Shown here: piece after piece, positions 13,791 through 27,873 of the stretch
How the letters are laid out: each line of letters starts with the position of its first letter
Position numbering within the stretch: position 1 is the stretch's first letter
From: Eledone cirrhosa
Lineage: Eukaryota
Assembly: GCA_964016885.1 (NCBI GenBank)
Contig: OZ024740.1
Location: 294,872,001 to 294,936,000, forward strand
Length of the DNA stretch: 64,000 nucleotides
Reading direction: 5' to 3'
Position numbers and translations under genes: made by a program
Notes under the pieces: generated by a model
The model's database searches: none
Told to the model about the DNA's origin: nothing
What the model saw: only the letters and a program-made list of their open reading frames with translations

Positions 13791-15131
13791 AGTTTGTGTT
13801 ACGTATATATATATATATATATATATACATATATACATATATACATAGTGGACCCTGTGGGAATGAACGTTTGTAAGTGTATTAGTGTGGATACATTAAA
13901 TGTTTTGTTAAATTATTTCCCTTGTTCACACTCTTCTGTTAATATGTATCAAGTAAGACAAACCAGAAATAAAACTATAAGTTGAAAGTAAATTTGTTCT
14001 TCGTTTATTTTTGCTATTAATTAACTTATCCTACAATTTTTTACATTGCTTTTATTATATGTAATTATTTTTATTTAGAATTTGTATCTTATTAATTCTT
14101 AAAGGGATACTTTGGGTGTAGACATTCAGTACAGGTTGAGATTTGGGAATAAAAATTAATGCATATAGTTTAATAGGTCACTCTTATATAAAACCTACAA
14201 CTTCATTTGCATCCAATAATGTAGACCAGTTCTTTTTTGTGGCCAAATGTATTTGATGTTCAGAGAGTGGGATTGGCCCCATGCAAAGCCTTTCCTCACT
14301 TAAAAAAGCTTCAAGCAAAGGCATTGCTTGATATGTGACATTTTTTTGCGATGCATGGCATTGCTGGCCATAGGCAAATCCCTAGCAGGATTAAAAAGCC
14401 TTGTCAATGATGCTCATGCTTAAGTATCAAGTGATGGCATTACTTGAAATTGAGTTGCAGCCATCAAGCATGTATGTATATATGTTTGTATGTTATAGGA
14501 TGTTAAATAACTTATCATATTTACTAATGGAGAATCTTGATACTGGTACTAGCATCAAATTTGTTCTACATATTAAGTTGACTAGGATTTTGACCTTAAT
14601 CTTCAGTAGCTTTATTTAACTAGTCACTTTGAATAAGCTGCCAAAGTTGAAATATGTGTATGTCTGTTTTATTGTATAATTAGAGAGTGAAATGATATGG
14701 TTAGTATTTTTATGGCTTTCATTACACAAAGGTAAATGTAGTTAGATATTTGGAATAATTTCAGTCTAAATTAGGTAGAAAATTTTATCTACATACAAAT
14801 GAAGTACAGTTGGCCTTATTCAATGTCACTGCACAAAATCTATTGTAGTCTTTATGGTTCAGCAAAAACTATGATGATGTATAGAGTTGGACTAACTTAG
14901 ATAGATGCATTGTGATTTAATAAGGGGGCGGGGGATGTAGAAGTTGGCCATGAAATACCGAGAAATTGAATTATTGATCAGATAATGGATTTCACAATTA
15001 GAAGATTTAGCTTAGAATTGAATATATTCAAATGTGAGTATATATATGTGTGTTGTTCATTTAATTTTAAATATACATTTATGCATCATTACATAAATGT
15101 ATATTTTATAACCATTTTTTAAATATTTCAG

Positions 15132-16295
15132 ATGATTTCAAATGAAATAATTCCTGACCATGATGCTGGAGTTTTTAATCCTCCATTTCAAGAAAGTACT
15201 GGGATTTTTGATTCCCTTATTGATAGACCTTTGGGAGGTCTAAGACGTTGGGATGCCATTTATTTTCTGCATATTGCAGAGCATGGTTACACTTATGAAA
15301 ACTGTTTAGCATTTTTCCCTCTTTTCCCTCTAACAGTTTATATAGTTTCATGCTGTTTATATTTTCCATTTTATTTGATATTAAGTTTTTCAAAGCTCCT
15401 TCTTTTAAGTTCTGTTTTCATCAATATGATATTCTCAGTTCTTTCAGCCCTTACATTATACAACTTAGGGAAAGAAGCAACAGGGGACCATTCATTAGCC
15501 TTTAAATCAGCATTGTTATATATTCTCTCCCCTGCTTCAGTCTTTTTCATGGCACCATATTCTGAGAGTTTATTTAGTCTCCTTTCTTTTGGTGGAATGC
15601 TTTTACTCCTGAAACAAAAACCAATATATGCATCTTTTGTGTTTGGTTTGAGTGTATTAGCACGTTCAAATGGTACAGCAGCTCTTGGATTTATTTTACA
15701 TTGGAATTTACAGAAGTTTTTAAACATTATCTTTTCATATCATAAAAAAATATTTATAATGAAAGAATTTCTTAAAATCCTTGCTTCTACAGTCATCCAA
15801 ATTATAATTCTTGTGACTCCATTTTTCTTATATCAATACTATGCATTTCTTCTCTATTGTAAACCAACTGACACAAAAGAACATTTAATAAAGATCCCAT
15901 TTAACACTAATATAACTAAATATGGACATAAAATGGGTTTTAAGTTTCCAGATAATTCTGTTAGTATTTCAGAATGGTGCCATTACAAACTTCCAATTTC
16001 ATATGCTTTTATTCAAAAACATTATTGGGGTGTTGGTTGCTTTAAATATTTTCAGTTGAAACAAATTCCTAACTTTCTACTGGCTTCCCCAATGATCTGT
16101 CTTTGTTTAGCTTCTTGTTATACATATTTCAAACTACAGAAAGTTCACTGCTTACACCTTGGTTTAACAATTCCCGGAAGTAAAACATTAAAGCCAAAAG
16201 CCATAAAATATGGTTTCTCTAATAGGAAAATTTTCATATTTGGTGCACAAATGCTATTTTTCACAATATTTGGATCTCTTTGTATTCATGTACAG
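15132..16295 (+). CDS. PIGV: GPI mannosyltransferase 2 (PIG-V), large internal coding exon
   Basis: IIPDHDA, LRRWDAIYFLHIAEHGY, AFFPLFP, SPASVFF.APYSESLF, YWGVG.FKYFQLKQIPNFLLA, CIHVQ; acceptor TTTCAG at 15126-15131, donor GTAAGA at 16296; the upstream exon was not identified. Confidence 0.93.
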
Positions 16296-16480
16296 GTAAG
16301 AAATATTTTATTGTTTGTTCATTGTATATTAAATAAAATATTTGTCTAGTAGTTATTTTTAGAATAATGTTAATATATATGATGAATGTGCTAGCAGTTT
16401 AGTTGATCTAGTATGTTCAAATTGAAATTCTGAAAATCATTGCTGAGATGCTTTGTAATGTAATTAAGATTTATATCAAA

Positions 16481-16585
16481 CTAGACTACCCGTGACCCGC
16501 TGGGTCACATTCACCTAAAAGTAATTTTTAAATAATTAAAATATACACAGACATGTATATAATGTAAAATGAAATTGGACGGCTC

Positions 16586-16639
<54 letters not shown>

Positions 16640-17218
16640 ATACATATATATATATGCGGGTGTGTGTGACCTATGTCACAGACACACACACACTTAGAAA
16701 CCCTTTCTATTTAGCAGGATACAGTAATGTTGTATTCGTTTCTTTGAAGTCACTGGTTATAATTTCATTCAACAATACCACCAGCTCTCTCTCCCTTCCA
16801 TTTTCCTTTTCTGTCTCCTTCTTTCTCTCTCCCTCTTTCAATCTACTCTCTCACAATCACTATCTCTTCCTCTGTATCTTTCTCTCTCTTTATTTATGAA
16901 GGTACCCGGAAAAACCCCCATATCTCAGGAACCCGTGGTCCAATTTACGCGAAACTTGTTTTATTCCATTTGTATTCCCATTTCAGGGTCAACTTCTTTT
17001 CAAAGTATTTTCCCATTATGCACCCTTTTGGCTGTATTACATTACAGTCAAGCAAGCAAGCAATCACATAGTTTTAGTAGTATACTAGACCACCGGTGAC
17101 CTGCTGGGTCATGTTCACTTCAAAATATTTTTTAAAAAATCATGTTCACTTAAAAATAATTTTTAAATAATTAAAATATTCACAGACATGTATATAATGT
17201 GAAATGAAACTGGAAGGC

Positions 17219-17294
<76 letters not shown>

Positions 17295-17729
17295 GTTTGT
17301 GAATGTATATATATAAATGTGTGTGTGTGTATATATATATGTGGGTGTCTGTGATCTATATGCACTGGTCATAGACACACACACACACACATATATATAT
17401 ATACACACTCATACATATATATACACAACAGCACCACCAGCTCTCTTCCATTCTCCTTCTTTGTCTCCTCTCTCTCTCTCTTTCTATCTACTCTGTCACA
17501 ACCACTATCTCTTCCTCTGTATCTTTCTCTCTCTCTGTTTATAAAGGTACCCGAAAAACCCCATATCTTGGGAACCTGTGGTCCAATTTACGTGAAACTT
17601 GTTTTATTCCATTTGTATTCCCATTTCACGGGCAATTTTCTTTCAAAGTATTTTCCCATTATGCACCCTTTTGGCTGTATTACATTAGACAAGCAAGCAA
17701 GCAATCGCAGAATTTTAGTAATATATAGA
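16481..17729 (-). mobile_element. Two tandem non-autonomous Helitron-like elements (16481-17084, 17085-17729)
   Basis: On the minus strand: 5' TC start, GC hairpin (GTGACCC..GGGTCAC) before terminal CTAG, A|T insertion site, internal microsatellites. Confidence 0.7.
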
Positions 17730-17740
17730 TATTACTAATG

Positions 17741-18085
17741 GAGGCACATGGCTTAGTGGTTAGAGCATTGGCCTTGCAATCGAAAGGTTGTGAGTTCAAT
17801 TCTCAGACCGGGTGATGTGTTGTTTCCTTGAGCAAGACACTTTATTTCACATTGCTCCAGTTTACTCAGCTGTAGAAATGAGATGATAGGGACTGGGGTC
17901 CATATCATTCCACTGCAAAGTTGTCGTGGAGGTGCCATGGCAAAAAAGCCCCCAGCACTCACTGTAAATGAGGTTGGTGTTAGGAAGGGCATCCAGCTGT
18001 AGAAATCAAGCCAGAATCAGTTCTCGTCCCACCCTTGCAAGCAGGGAAAAGCGGACGTAAAGTGATGATGATGATGATGATGATG
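17741..18085 (+). mobile_element. Full-length tRNA-derived SINE
   Basis: A box TGGCTTAGTGG, B box GAGTTCAATTC, CORE-like CCTTGAGCAAGACACTT, 3' end shared with the RTE 3' UTR, (GAT)n tail. Confidence 0.88.
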
Positions 18086-18464
18086 ATAGATAAATAGATT
18101 GGTGAGAGTATGGAACTGAGCATGTTATAGATAATAGTATCAGTTAGTTTGTAAATTGTAGTTGATATCATCATCATCATTGTATTTACATCTGCTGTTC
18201 CATGTTTCCATGGGTTAGACGGTATAATATTGAAATATTGATATTTATAATTGTCTACACAGATACAAAGACATATAAATTGTAATCTTTTGAATATGTT
18301 TTTGATTTATTAGAAACATAAAATCTATATATCATTGTTTATACATGTTATAATTCCCCCAAGCATTAGATATAATGTATTACTTGAATTTATATGTATA
18401 TATATATATACTTTTTATTCAGTTGAAGAAAGTTGGTTGATTGAAAATCATCCGGGGTTTTATT

Positions 18465-18695
18465 ATAATAATAAACAAGAAAGACAGTTTCATTTGTACA
18501 TCCCTATTTATTTTGTTATAAGTATTTCAAAGACGTAAGGCAGTTGTATAATGACTGCCCTACATGTTCTTTTCAGACAAAAATCCAGAGAACATGTAGG
18601 GCAGTCGTTATACAACTGCCTTACATCTTTGAAATACGTATAACAAAATAAATAGGGATGTACAAGTGAAACCGTCTTTCTTGTTTATTATTATA
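18465..18695. repeat. Fold-back repeat (about 105-bp arms) containing a hammerhead on the minus strand (18511-18582)
   Basis: Arms are reverse complementary; minus strand reads TTTTGT-CTGAAAA-long helix II-GAAA-TACTTA-TA-ACAAAA. Confidence 0.75.
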
Positions 18696-19199
18696 TATAT
18701 ATATATATATATAATATCTGTGTGTGTATGATTTTCTTCTATATCCATGTGTATACCAGGAAGGGGATCTGGCAGTAAAACATCTACTCAGAAAGTATGA
18801 AATCTGTTATGGGGATTGCAAGGCTAACACTTGCTGCAGAAGTGAAAATGGCCTGAAAACACTTGTTATTGATGTACCTAAATTGTTCAAATTCTAATAT
18901 GACAAAATTATTAATAGGCATTTTTTTTGTTATATATATATAATTATGTACATCAATACTCCTCTTTTTCCATTTCTTAGAGGGTTCTAAACCCCACTAT
19001 CAGGCTAAAATTTCTTTAGTCAAAAATATGGCGAATGCTTCTATTTTTATTTTATTATATATAATTATCAATAGACATTTTTTGGTTTCAACTGCTTTTG
19101 CTATTTTCAGCGAAGGTGATATGTAAAATTTAGATGTGGAAATATTGCATATGAATTTAATTCTGTTTTGTTAAATATGAAAACTATTTCTTGTTGCAG

Positions 19200-19451
19200 G
19201 TAATTACAAGGCTCATTGCTTCCAGTTGTCCTGTCATTTATTGGTTTTCTGCATATATTATTAGTAGAAATACACAAGGAACTTCAGAACATAAAGAAAG
19301 TTCAACATTGAAAATAAATAGATTATGTAATATTGTACAAGAAATTCTAACAAATAAATCAAATAACATTTCAAAACTTATAATATTTTACTACCTTTCA
19401 TATGGTTTTATTGGAACTGTAGCTTTCTCAAATTTCTTACCTTGGACATAG
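19200..19451 (+). CDS. PIGV: PIG-V terminal coding exon
   Basis: TTGCAG acceptor; phase 0 joins HVQ|VITRLIASSCPVIYW; ends in the family C-terminus NFLPWT*. Confidence 0.92.
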   Translation, partial: VITRLIASSCPVIYWFSAYIISRNTQGTSEHKESSTLKINRLCNIVQEILTNKSNNISKLIIFYYLSYGFIGTVAFSNFLPWT

Positions 19452-19854
19452 AATTTATAGCTTCATTCATTGCAACAACGTATTCATAGAAAGATGCGAA
19501 TGGAAGTCTAATGATGAATGCTATTAACAGCACTGACCCAGAAAAATTGAGCATTGATTTTGAATTGGTATCAATATTGTAATTTAAAAGTATGCAGATG
19601 TTTTGGGTTGGTTTAAAAAGCACAAGTATTGCCTCATAATTAAAGTCAAACATTATACTTTAAAAATATTTACTTTTCCTTGAAAATATTGTATTTTTCT
19701 ACAGTTGGCTGTAATAATTATTAAAAGTTGACAATTTAAAATAATTTCCTTTCGTTTCTTACATCTTCATTCATATATGTACTCACATACACACACCTAT
19801 AATTATACTTACACATATTTTTCTTTTTCCTGTTTTCCATTGATTTTCCCATAT

Positions 19855-20180
19855 TTGCGACAAAAAGCATCCAGCTGACACTGTAAAGTGGTTGTAGAGG
19901 TGTCATGACAAAAAGCACCCAGACCACACCATAAAGGAGTCATGTAGGTGTCACAACCAAAATCATTCAGTCCATATTATAAAGGAGTCGTGTAGGTGTC
20001 ACAACAAAAAGCACCCAGTCCACACTGTAAATATGGTTGTGTAGGTGACACGACAAAAAGCATTCCGCTCACACTGTAAAATGGTCATATAGGTATCATG
20101 ACATAAAGCACCCAGTCCATACTATAAAGGTGTCGTGTAGGTGTCACAACAAAAAGCACGCAGTCCACACTGTAAATGCA
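19855..20180 (+). repeat. Degenerate tandem repeat of about 40-48 bp derived from an RTE/SINE 3' end
   Basis: Repeated GTGTCACAACAAAAAGCACCCAGTCCACACTGTAAA, followed by the RTE-type tail at 20180-20340. Confidence 0.75.
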
Positions 20181-22028
20181 GTTGGTATTAGAAATGGCAT
20201 CCAGCCATAGAAACCAAGCCAAAATCGGTTGAGTGTGAGCTGGAGATGGTCATCTTCTCTGGCTTGGCTCACATCTGGACAACAACTTGTCTAACCCATG
20301 CTAGCATGAAAAAATGGACGTTAAATGGTGATGACAATGAAAAACACCCAGTCCACCCTTTAAGGTGATAGTGCTGGTGCCATGAGAAAAGTTACCAGTC
20401 CATGCTGTGATATACCTGGATTGAGTGTGGATGTGAAATGGGTAGGTCTATGAGTAAGCTACTTACCCTTTTCAGATATGTGTAATTGAAAAGCAAGTTT
20501 TTTAGACTTTTTTTAAAATACAGATACGAAAACCATTAACGACTCTTGTCATATTCACATATTTATTGACAAAACAAAAATCGGAAGGAATTTGGGCAGT
20601 CCAATCCAATATAGAATAAAAAAAAGGCATAGTCTATTACATATAACATTATTAACAACGAATAAAGTATATGAAGTTAAAACAATATCCAAAGTTGAAT
20701 AGAACAGTTTATGGATGAATGGAGAGTACATTTAAAACAGATATTTGCTGCATTGCTCTCTTTGTCAGATCCACAGACAAAATAAATTCCTCTCTATTTC
20801 AGTATGACAAGAGACTGAAAGAAAATAGAAATGACAGTATCCCCATAACATGGTTTTTGTTTGAAACTACAACATTAAATTATAATAGATTTTAAAAATG
20901 TATCACATGACAGATAAAAGGGTGAATTGGCAGTGCAGTTAGGTCGTTGGATAGAATGCTTTCCTGTATTCGTACCATCTCTCGGCACTTTGAGTTCAAA
21001 ACCTGCCGACGGATGTCAGCTTTGCCTTTCATTCTTTTGGGGTCGATATAAATAAACATCCAAATTCAGTAGTGGCATTGATTCTTCCTCTATATTTCTT
21101 TTCCACATTCTGTCAGTCTGTCTGCTTCTCTCTTGCTCCCCACTGGAAGAAATCGGCTGCGATCAGACCTGCAGAGAGGAACGACTTCGCCAGATTTAAA
21201 AAGCACCCAGGACGTGCTGATGTCACTGCGGCGCCCCTAGCTCTATCAGGAGTTACATGTCCATACATCATACACTCTGAAAGCTATAATTTGCAGCAAG
21301 CTTCCAGATTGTTAAATAAAAAGTAAGAGATAAGGGTCTAAATGAATACATATCTGATTAGTATAAAAAATATTATTATTTTTTGAAAACAATGAAACAA
21401 TTGAGGTAATTCTCATAAATACAACACGGACATATAGAATGCTTTAAGAAGATTATGACAAGGCATTGAAAGGGCAAATATTACATACTTCATCAAGAAT
21501 GTGGACGCGGTATGACTGAATGGTTAAGAAGTTTGCTTTGCAACCATGAGGTTCAGAGTTCGACCCCACGACCTAGCATCTTAGACAAATGTCATTTATC
21601 ATAGCTTCTATTCGACCCATAATTTATGGATAAAATTGGGCAGATAGAAACTGATTGGAAGCCCGTGAGATGGACTGTACATGCCATACACTGTGTCATG
21701 CTGAACCTTCCTTGGGAAGTACGTTTAGGATACACGTGTCTGTGGAATGCCCAGCCACTTATACATTAATTTCTTGCGTAGGTTGTTCTGTTTATCAAAC
21801 AACCGAAACACTCACCGTCGAAACCGACAGAGGTCCATTTCATCGCAAGGAGAGCAACAAGTATATTTTAGTTTCGTAAACTTTAAGCAAGAACACTTTA
21901 TTTCATGTTGTTCCAGCCTGCTTACTTTCAGGTCTTGCATAATCACCCCCTCTGTATGTATTCTTCTACAGAATATGTATTTGGCATATATACAATATAC
22001 TGCGTTTCTTGTGCGCTTTATGGCTCTT

Positions 22029-22060
<32 letters not shown>

Positions 22061-23974
22061 CATATATCTCTTTATTTGGTTATTATGGCTCTGGATAATG
22101 TCTATTGAGCTTGCTTATTGAGAAACACAATATAGTTGTGAACAATTTAGTTGTAGTGGTTAGTTTAGCACTCTAAAATGATAAGAAAACTTCGATATGC
22201 GATAAACATAAGTATTTAGCAGAAAATAATATTTATAACTATAATAATAGTATGTATTTTTGTTGTAGCAAGAAAGGTATGGTTTTTGTCAGGCTAAAGT
22301 ATAGCAGTTAGAGGTTTAGTTTTAATGTAACGGTTTGTTAAGTGTGAGAGAAGTGAATGTTTGTGGAATTAGTCGTAAAGTCTTCGGTAACATTCTTACA
22401 TGTTTTTATTCACAACTAATTACAAAGCTTGAGCTGGCAGGCCAATCAAATCAAGAGTTAAGAGGCGTTGTGTCAGGCCTAAGAAGGTCGACAGACCAAA
22501 GTGAAGATCTCACCGTTACATGATAATGTCTTTTCATTTCAAAGTCCAAGCAGCAAGAGGGAGTATATACGAAAGAAGCGGGAAAATATTTTTTTGGGCG
22601 AAAGTTGATAATATATTTTCGTGCGCGGCTCACGATTGGCCTGACTTAGCCAAATCACGCACGAATAGTTTATAAATACGCCAAAGGCAAGTAGCTTGCT
22701 ACAATACCTCCTGTTTAGACCGGGAGGGCGATACACAAGAAAAAAGTAAATTCGGACAGGTCACCAGTATGAAAACGCTGAAAAAGAGCACATCAATGAA
22801 AAGATAAAAAATGAATGCAAGAAGAAAATTGTGAATGAGGCTCTAAGGGCCAGTGTTATGTATGCCGCTGTGTCAAATGACTGGCCGTTTGCTATTTGTA
22901 ACGTGATCACCCGGGGTCTAATAGAAAACAAATGGAGTCTGACATGGCGAAAAATGTGTGAAATGTTTTAAAAGTTGCTGTTCTTGCATTAATTGTTTGT
23001 TGTGGTAAATGTTTTACCAGTAGCTGTTATCAATGATGATGTTCTTCATAGTGTTTTACCAGAGCTGTGTAGCTGTAGTTATTGTGGTAGTCGTTCGTGG
23101 CATAATTGTAACTGTGATCCTGCTATCCGTAGAGGTGGTGGTTGCAGCGGTATAACTAGAAAGCTGTCACTATGTTGGGGTTGTCGTTTTCAAAACATTT
23201 TTCCCGTGTGGTTTACCAGAGTCTACCCTCTTCTTATCTACCATAAAACACTCTCTCCCAACCCCCCTCTTTATATCAATTATCGCCAAACTTTCCTCCT
23301 CTGTATATCTAATACACGTAACTCTCTTCCAATCCTCCTCCCTGTATAAATTAGCACCAAATCCCCCCTATCTATATCTACTACATGGTACTCTTTTCCA
23401 GTACCCCTCTCTATATCAATTAGCAACAAACTCTCCCACTCTCTATATCTAATACACGGAATTCTCTTTCAATCCCTCTTTCTATATCAATAAACATCAA
23501 TCTCTCCTCCTCTCTAAATCTGATATACAACACACTCTCCCAACCCCTCACTCTATCTACCATACAACACTCTCTTTTATTCTCTCTCACTTTATCTGTC
23601 ACTACCAAACTCTCCCCTCCGTCTATTTATCAATACCTATCTCCATCAATACTCTCACTCTGTTCATTAATACCAAACTCTCCCCCTCTCTACATCTACC
23701 ATACAACACTCTCTCCCTATCCCCCTCTATCTATCTCTATCTCTCCAATCTGTCTCAACATAATATGTACATAAATTGTAGCGCATATACAAATAGATGT
23801 GTGTTTTGGTAGTTTGGGAAGAAAAATATAAGTATCGGAGTGGGGGAAGGAGTGGGTGGCATGCCCCCCTCCCTAGTTCTGCCGCTCCTGCATGATATAA
23901 TTATGTATATCTTGACATGATATATATATATATATATCGACATGATATAAATATATATATATCTCGAGACGATA

Positions 23975-24046
<72 letters not shown>

Positions 24047-24204
24047 CATGATCTAAATGTATATATATCTCTGGAGATGATATGAATATATATATCTCGA
24101 CATGATGTAAATATATATATATCTCGATATGATATAAATATATATATCTCGATATTATATACATATGTATATATATCATCATAACATAAATATATATCGA
24201 CATG

Positions 24205-24281
<77 letters not shown>

Positions 24282-24779
24282 CATGGTAGAAAGAAAGGGA
24301 CAAGAAAAATAAGAAAGAAGAAATAAAGGGCCACCAATTTAAAGGGAAAGTCGATTAAATTGAACCCCCCTTGCGTTACTGGTACTTTATTATATCGACC
24401 CTATAAGGGTGGGTTTTGAACTTCGAACGTAAGGGACCAGAACTATATGCCGCAAAACATGGTGTCCGACGCTCTACCGGTACTGCCAATCAACCGCCCT
24501 AAAAAGAAGAAATTATGTAAATATTCTGTATGTAAAGAAAAACAGAAAATAGAGCACTAACTGCAGGAACAAGATAAGAAGCTTCTTGAAGGTAACCTCT
24601 TGAAAAGGAACTTAAGGATACATTTTCAGTTTTGCTATTCAACGATAATTATATATACTTTTTTTTTAAATTGTTTTTATCGTACCAACATTCACAGCGT
24701 CTATTTGAAATATGAATATTTGGGTTTGAATGTTCTGAAAAACAACAAAACAGAACCACGGATGATTTTATTATTTTTT

Positions 24780-24960
24780 GGCAGTATCGGTAGAGGGTTG
24801 GACGCCATGCTTTCTAGCATAGTTACGTCCCTTTACGGTCTGAGTTCAAATCCCGCCGAGGTTAACTTTGCCTTTCATCCTTACGGGGGTCGATAAAATA
24901 AAGTACCAGTAATATACTGGGTATTTGCTGGCCTTGTGCCAAAAGTAGAAACAATTATTT
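24780..24960 (+). mobile_element. tRNA-derived SINE with Meta-like central domain (representative copy)
   Basis: GAGTTCAAATCCCGCCGAGGTTAACTTTGCCTTTCATCCTTACGGGGGTCGATAAAATAAAGTACC; related copies near 20920, 24330, 36963, 45760, 62360, 63105 and 63600. Confidence 0.8.
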
Positions 24961-24996
24961 TATTGTTCTTGTTAATGATCCTTTCAATGCATATAC

Positions 24997-25104
<108 letters not shown>

Positions 25105-25189
25105 TAAAATACACACAATACACAATACACAATACACACATATATAAATATATCTGTGTATGTATATATATCCTAAACGGACGGTAGTC

Positions 25190-25895
25190 AATATTAGTGG
25201 CAACATTTTTTTATTCGTTTCCTGTGCTATGCCCCAGTATCTTCTTGATTAGTGCATAATAATTGTCATGCTCTCATTGTGCGTTGCCCCTGAGTGGTTG
25301 GTTCTGGTTGAGGTTGGTTGGCTGAGCAGTTCTGCTCCGTCAGAATGACCATTGCAAGAAGAATTGGCCGATGCAGCTGCAGGTCTCCTCCAAGAATGCA
25401 CTTCTGGTCCCGCAACACCAGACGAAGATGGAGAAGACGACCGGGACAAGATGTCGACTCTGACCACCGACTACGGCACCTCCCTCAACCACCGGTCCTC
25501 CCTCCCTCTGTCCCGTCATCCCTCCAGTCCTCATGCTCCCCCTTCCTGTACCAGAAAGCTGTGGCACGCATTCATCTGGACTGCCGGACTTGAACTCAAG
25601 GACAAGATGCAAGGAGAAGATGGACGGGTTGGTCAAGATCAAGGATGAGCGGGACGACAAGACCGTCCGCTGCTGCTCAAGATCTGTGCTCATGGGCCCA
25701 TGGGTCCATTCACATTATGCATGACACATGAGGCGTGTCGCCGAATGATGAAATAGGGGTATGGTTATGGCCCAATTGGTGTTCAAACCAGGATCAAATG
25801 ATCCCCCGGTCTGACGACGACCTCTGAATGTGGAACCCAGAGCCTATGAATGTGGAACTCGATATTTTACCAATAAAAATTTTGCCACTAATATT
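25190..25895. mobile_element. GC-rich insertion with about 24-bp inverted termini, unclassified
   Basis: AATATTAGTGGCAACATTTTTTTATT (25190) is nearly the reverse complement of AATAAAAATTTTGCCACTAATATT (25872-25895). Confidence 0.55.
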
Positions 25896-26116
25896 ATTGT
25901 AAAATTTTTTATTTCTTGTCCAATTCTTTAAAGTTTTATCTTAGTTTCTTGTCATATTCTTTTAAAGTTTTATCTTAGTTTCTTGTCCTAATCTTTTAAA
26001 GTTTTATTTTAGTTTCTTGTCCTGTATTTTTAAAGGTTCATATTCCAACAATATTACTTTTTTTTGCTGTACGCATTTTTCTATCTGGTATATATATGCG
26101 TATATATATATGCGTA

Positions 26117-26700
<584 letters not shown>

Positions 26701-26703
26701 CTC

Positions 26704-26747
<44 letters not shown>

Positions 26748-26759
26748 TTATATGCTACT

Positions 26760-27829
26760 GGTAACATGTATCCCAGTACAACCTGTCTCATGGTCGGGTT
26801 ATTGGCGACTAAACTGGCAACCCCACCAAGGTTTCTTGGTGAGGAGGGTGACTTTGGACATCCTGCAGGACTAAAAACAAAACCTGTCAAAGGGCAAAGG
26901 AGCTCTTAAGAGTCAATGGCCATCTAAAATCACCGGGAGAGATGACCCCTTAGCCTTTGTCAAAGCAGAATTCTAGGAGAAGGAAAACTCTGATATAACA
27001 CCTGCAACCCTGATGGTATCTAATGATGTTGACTTGTTCTTCTTTTTGGTAAATATCATCTTTGTTAAGAGAGTGGGACTGGCTTTGTGCAGTGCCTTTG
27101 CTCACTATAAAAGCTTCACGGCTCAAGCATTGCTTTATATCTGGAGATCTCTCTGCACTTGTCATCACATGGTACCATGGGCCCAGCACTATGTGTCAAT
27201 AATTGTCACAGGTGTAGTGATTGTACCAGAGTTTTCAAGTCGCTGGCTGGACTAAAAAGTCACACTCGTTCAGCGCATCGGTAGGGCTTCTCCTACATGG
27301 ATATAAAGTAGTGGCTGTACTCGAAAACGAGTTGGCAGCCACCATGTATATATATTATATGTATCTATATATATATCAAAGGGCAAAGAAGCTCTTAAGA
27401 GTCAATGGTCATCCAAAATCACCGGGAGAGATTAACCCTTAGCCTTTGTCAAGGCAGAATTCTAGAAGGAAAACTCTGATATAACACCTGCAGCCCTGAT
27501 GGTATCCAATGATGTTGACTTGTTCTTCTTTTTGGTAAATATCATCTTGGTTAAGAGAGTGGGACTGGCTTTGTGCAGTGCATTTGCTCACTATAAAAGC
27601 TTCACGGCACAGGCATTTCTTTATATATGGAGATCTCTCTGTACTTGTCGTCACATGGTACCATGGGCCCAGCACTATGTGTCAATAATTGTCACAAGTG
27701 TAGTGTTTGTACCAGAGTTTTCAAGTCGCTGGCTGGACTAAAAAGTCACACTTGTTCAACGCATCGGTAGGGGTTCTCCTACATGGATATAAAGTAGTGG
27801 CCGTACTCGAAAACGAGTTGGCAGCCACC
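26760..27829 (+). mobile_element. Internally deleted RTE-derived non-autonomous element, two tandem copies (period about 486 bp)
   Basis: RTE-like 5' UTR (AGGAGAAGGAAAACTCTGA) fused to a 3' end encoding CSDCTRVFKSLAGLKSHTRSAHR* (C2H2 finger); second copy 5'-truncated. Confidence 0.65.
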
Positions 27830-27873
27830 ATATTTATATATATATAAATATGTTATTTATATATATATAAATA

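Noticed and set aside
14527-14619. Possible PIGV first coding exon (TRILTLIF resembles the family N-terminus)
   Set aside because: The only nearby GT is weak and phase 1, incompatible with the phase-0 acceptor at 15132
17741-17812. tRNA gene
   Set aside because: SINE head that runs into SINE body and tail; a second copy lies at 3440-3508
20560-22740. Possible minus-strand exons and a CCAAT/TATA promoter-like patch at 22630-22680
   Set aside because: Splice-like signals give no coherent recognisable ORF; needs transcript data
22800-23200. Helitron helicase-like words on the minus strand (ATGKTF, GQSFD)
   Set aside because: Too short and degenerate to call without a search
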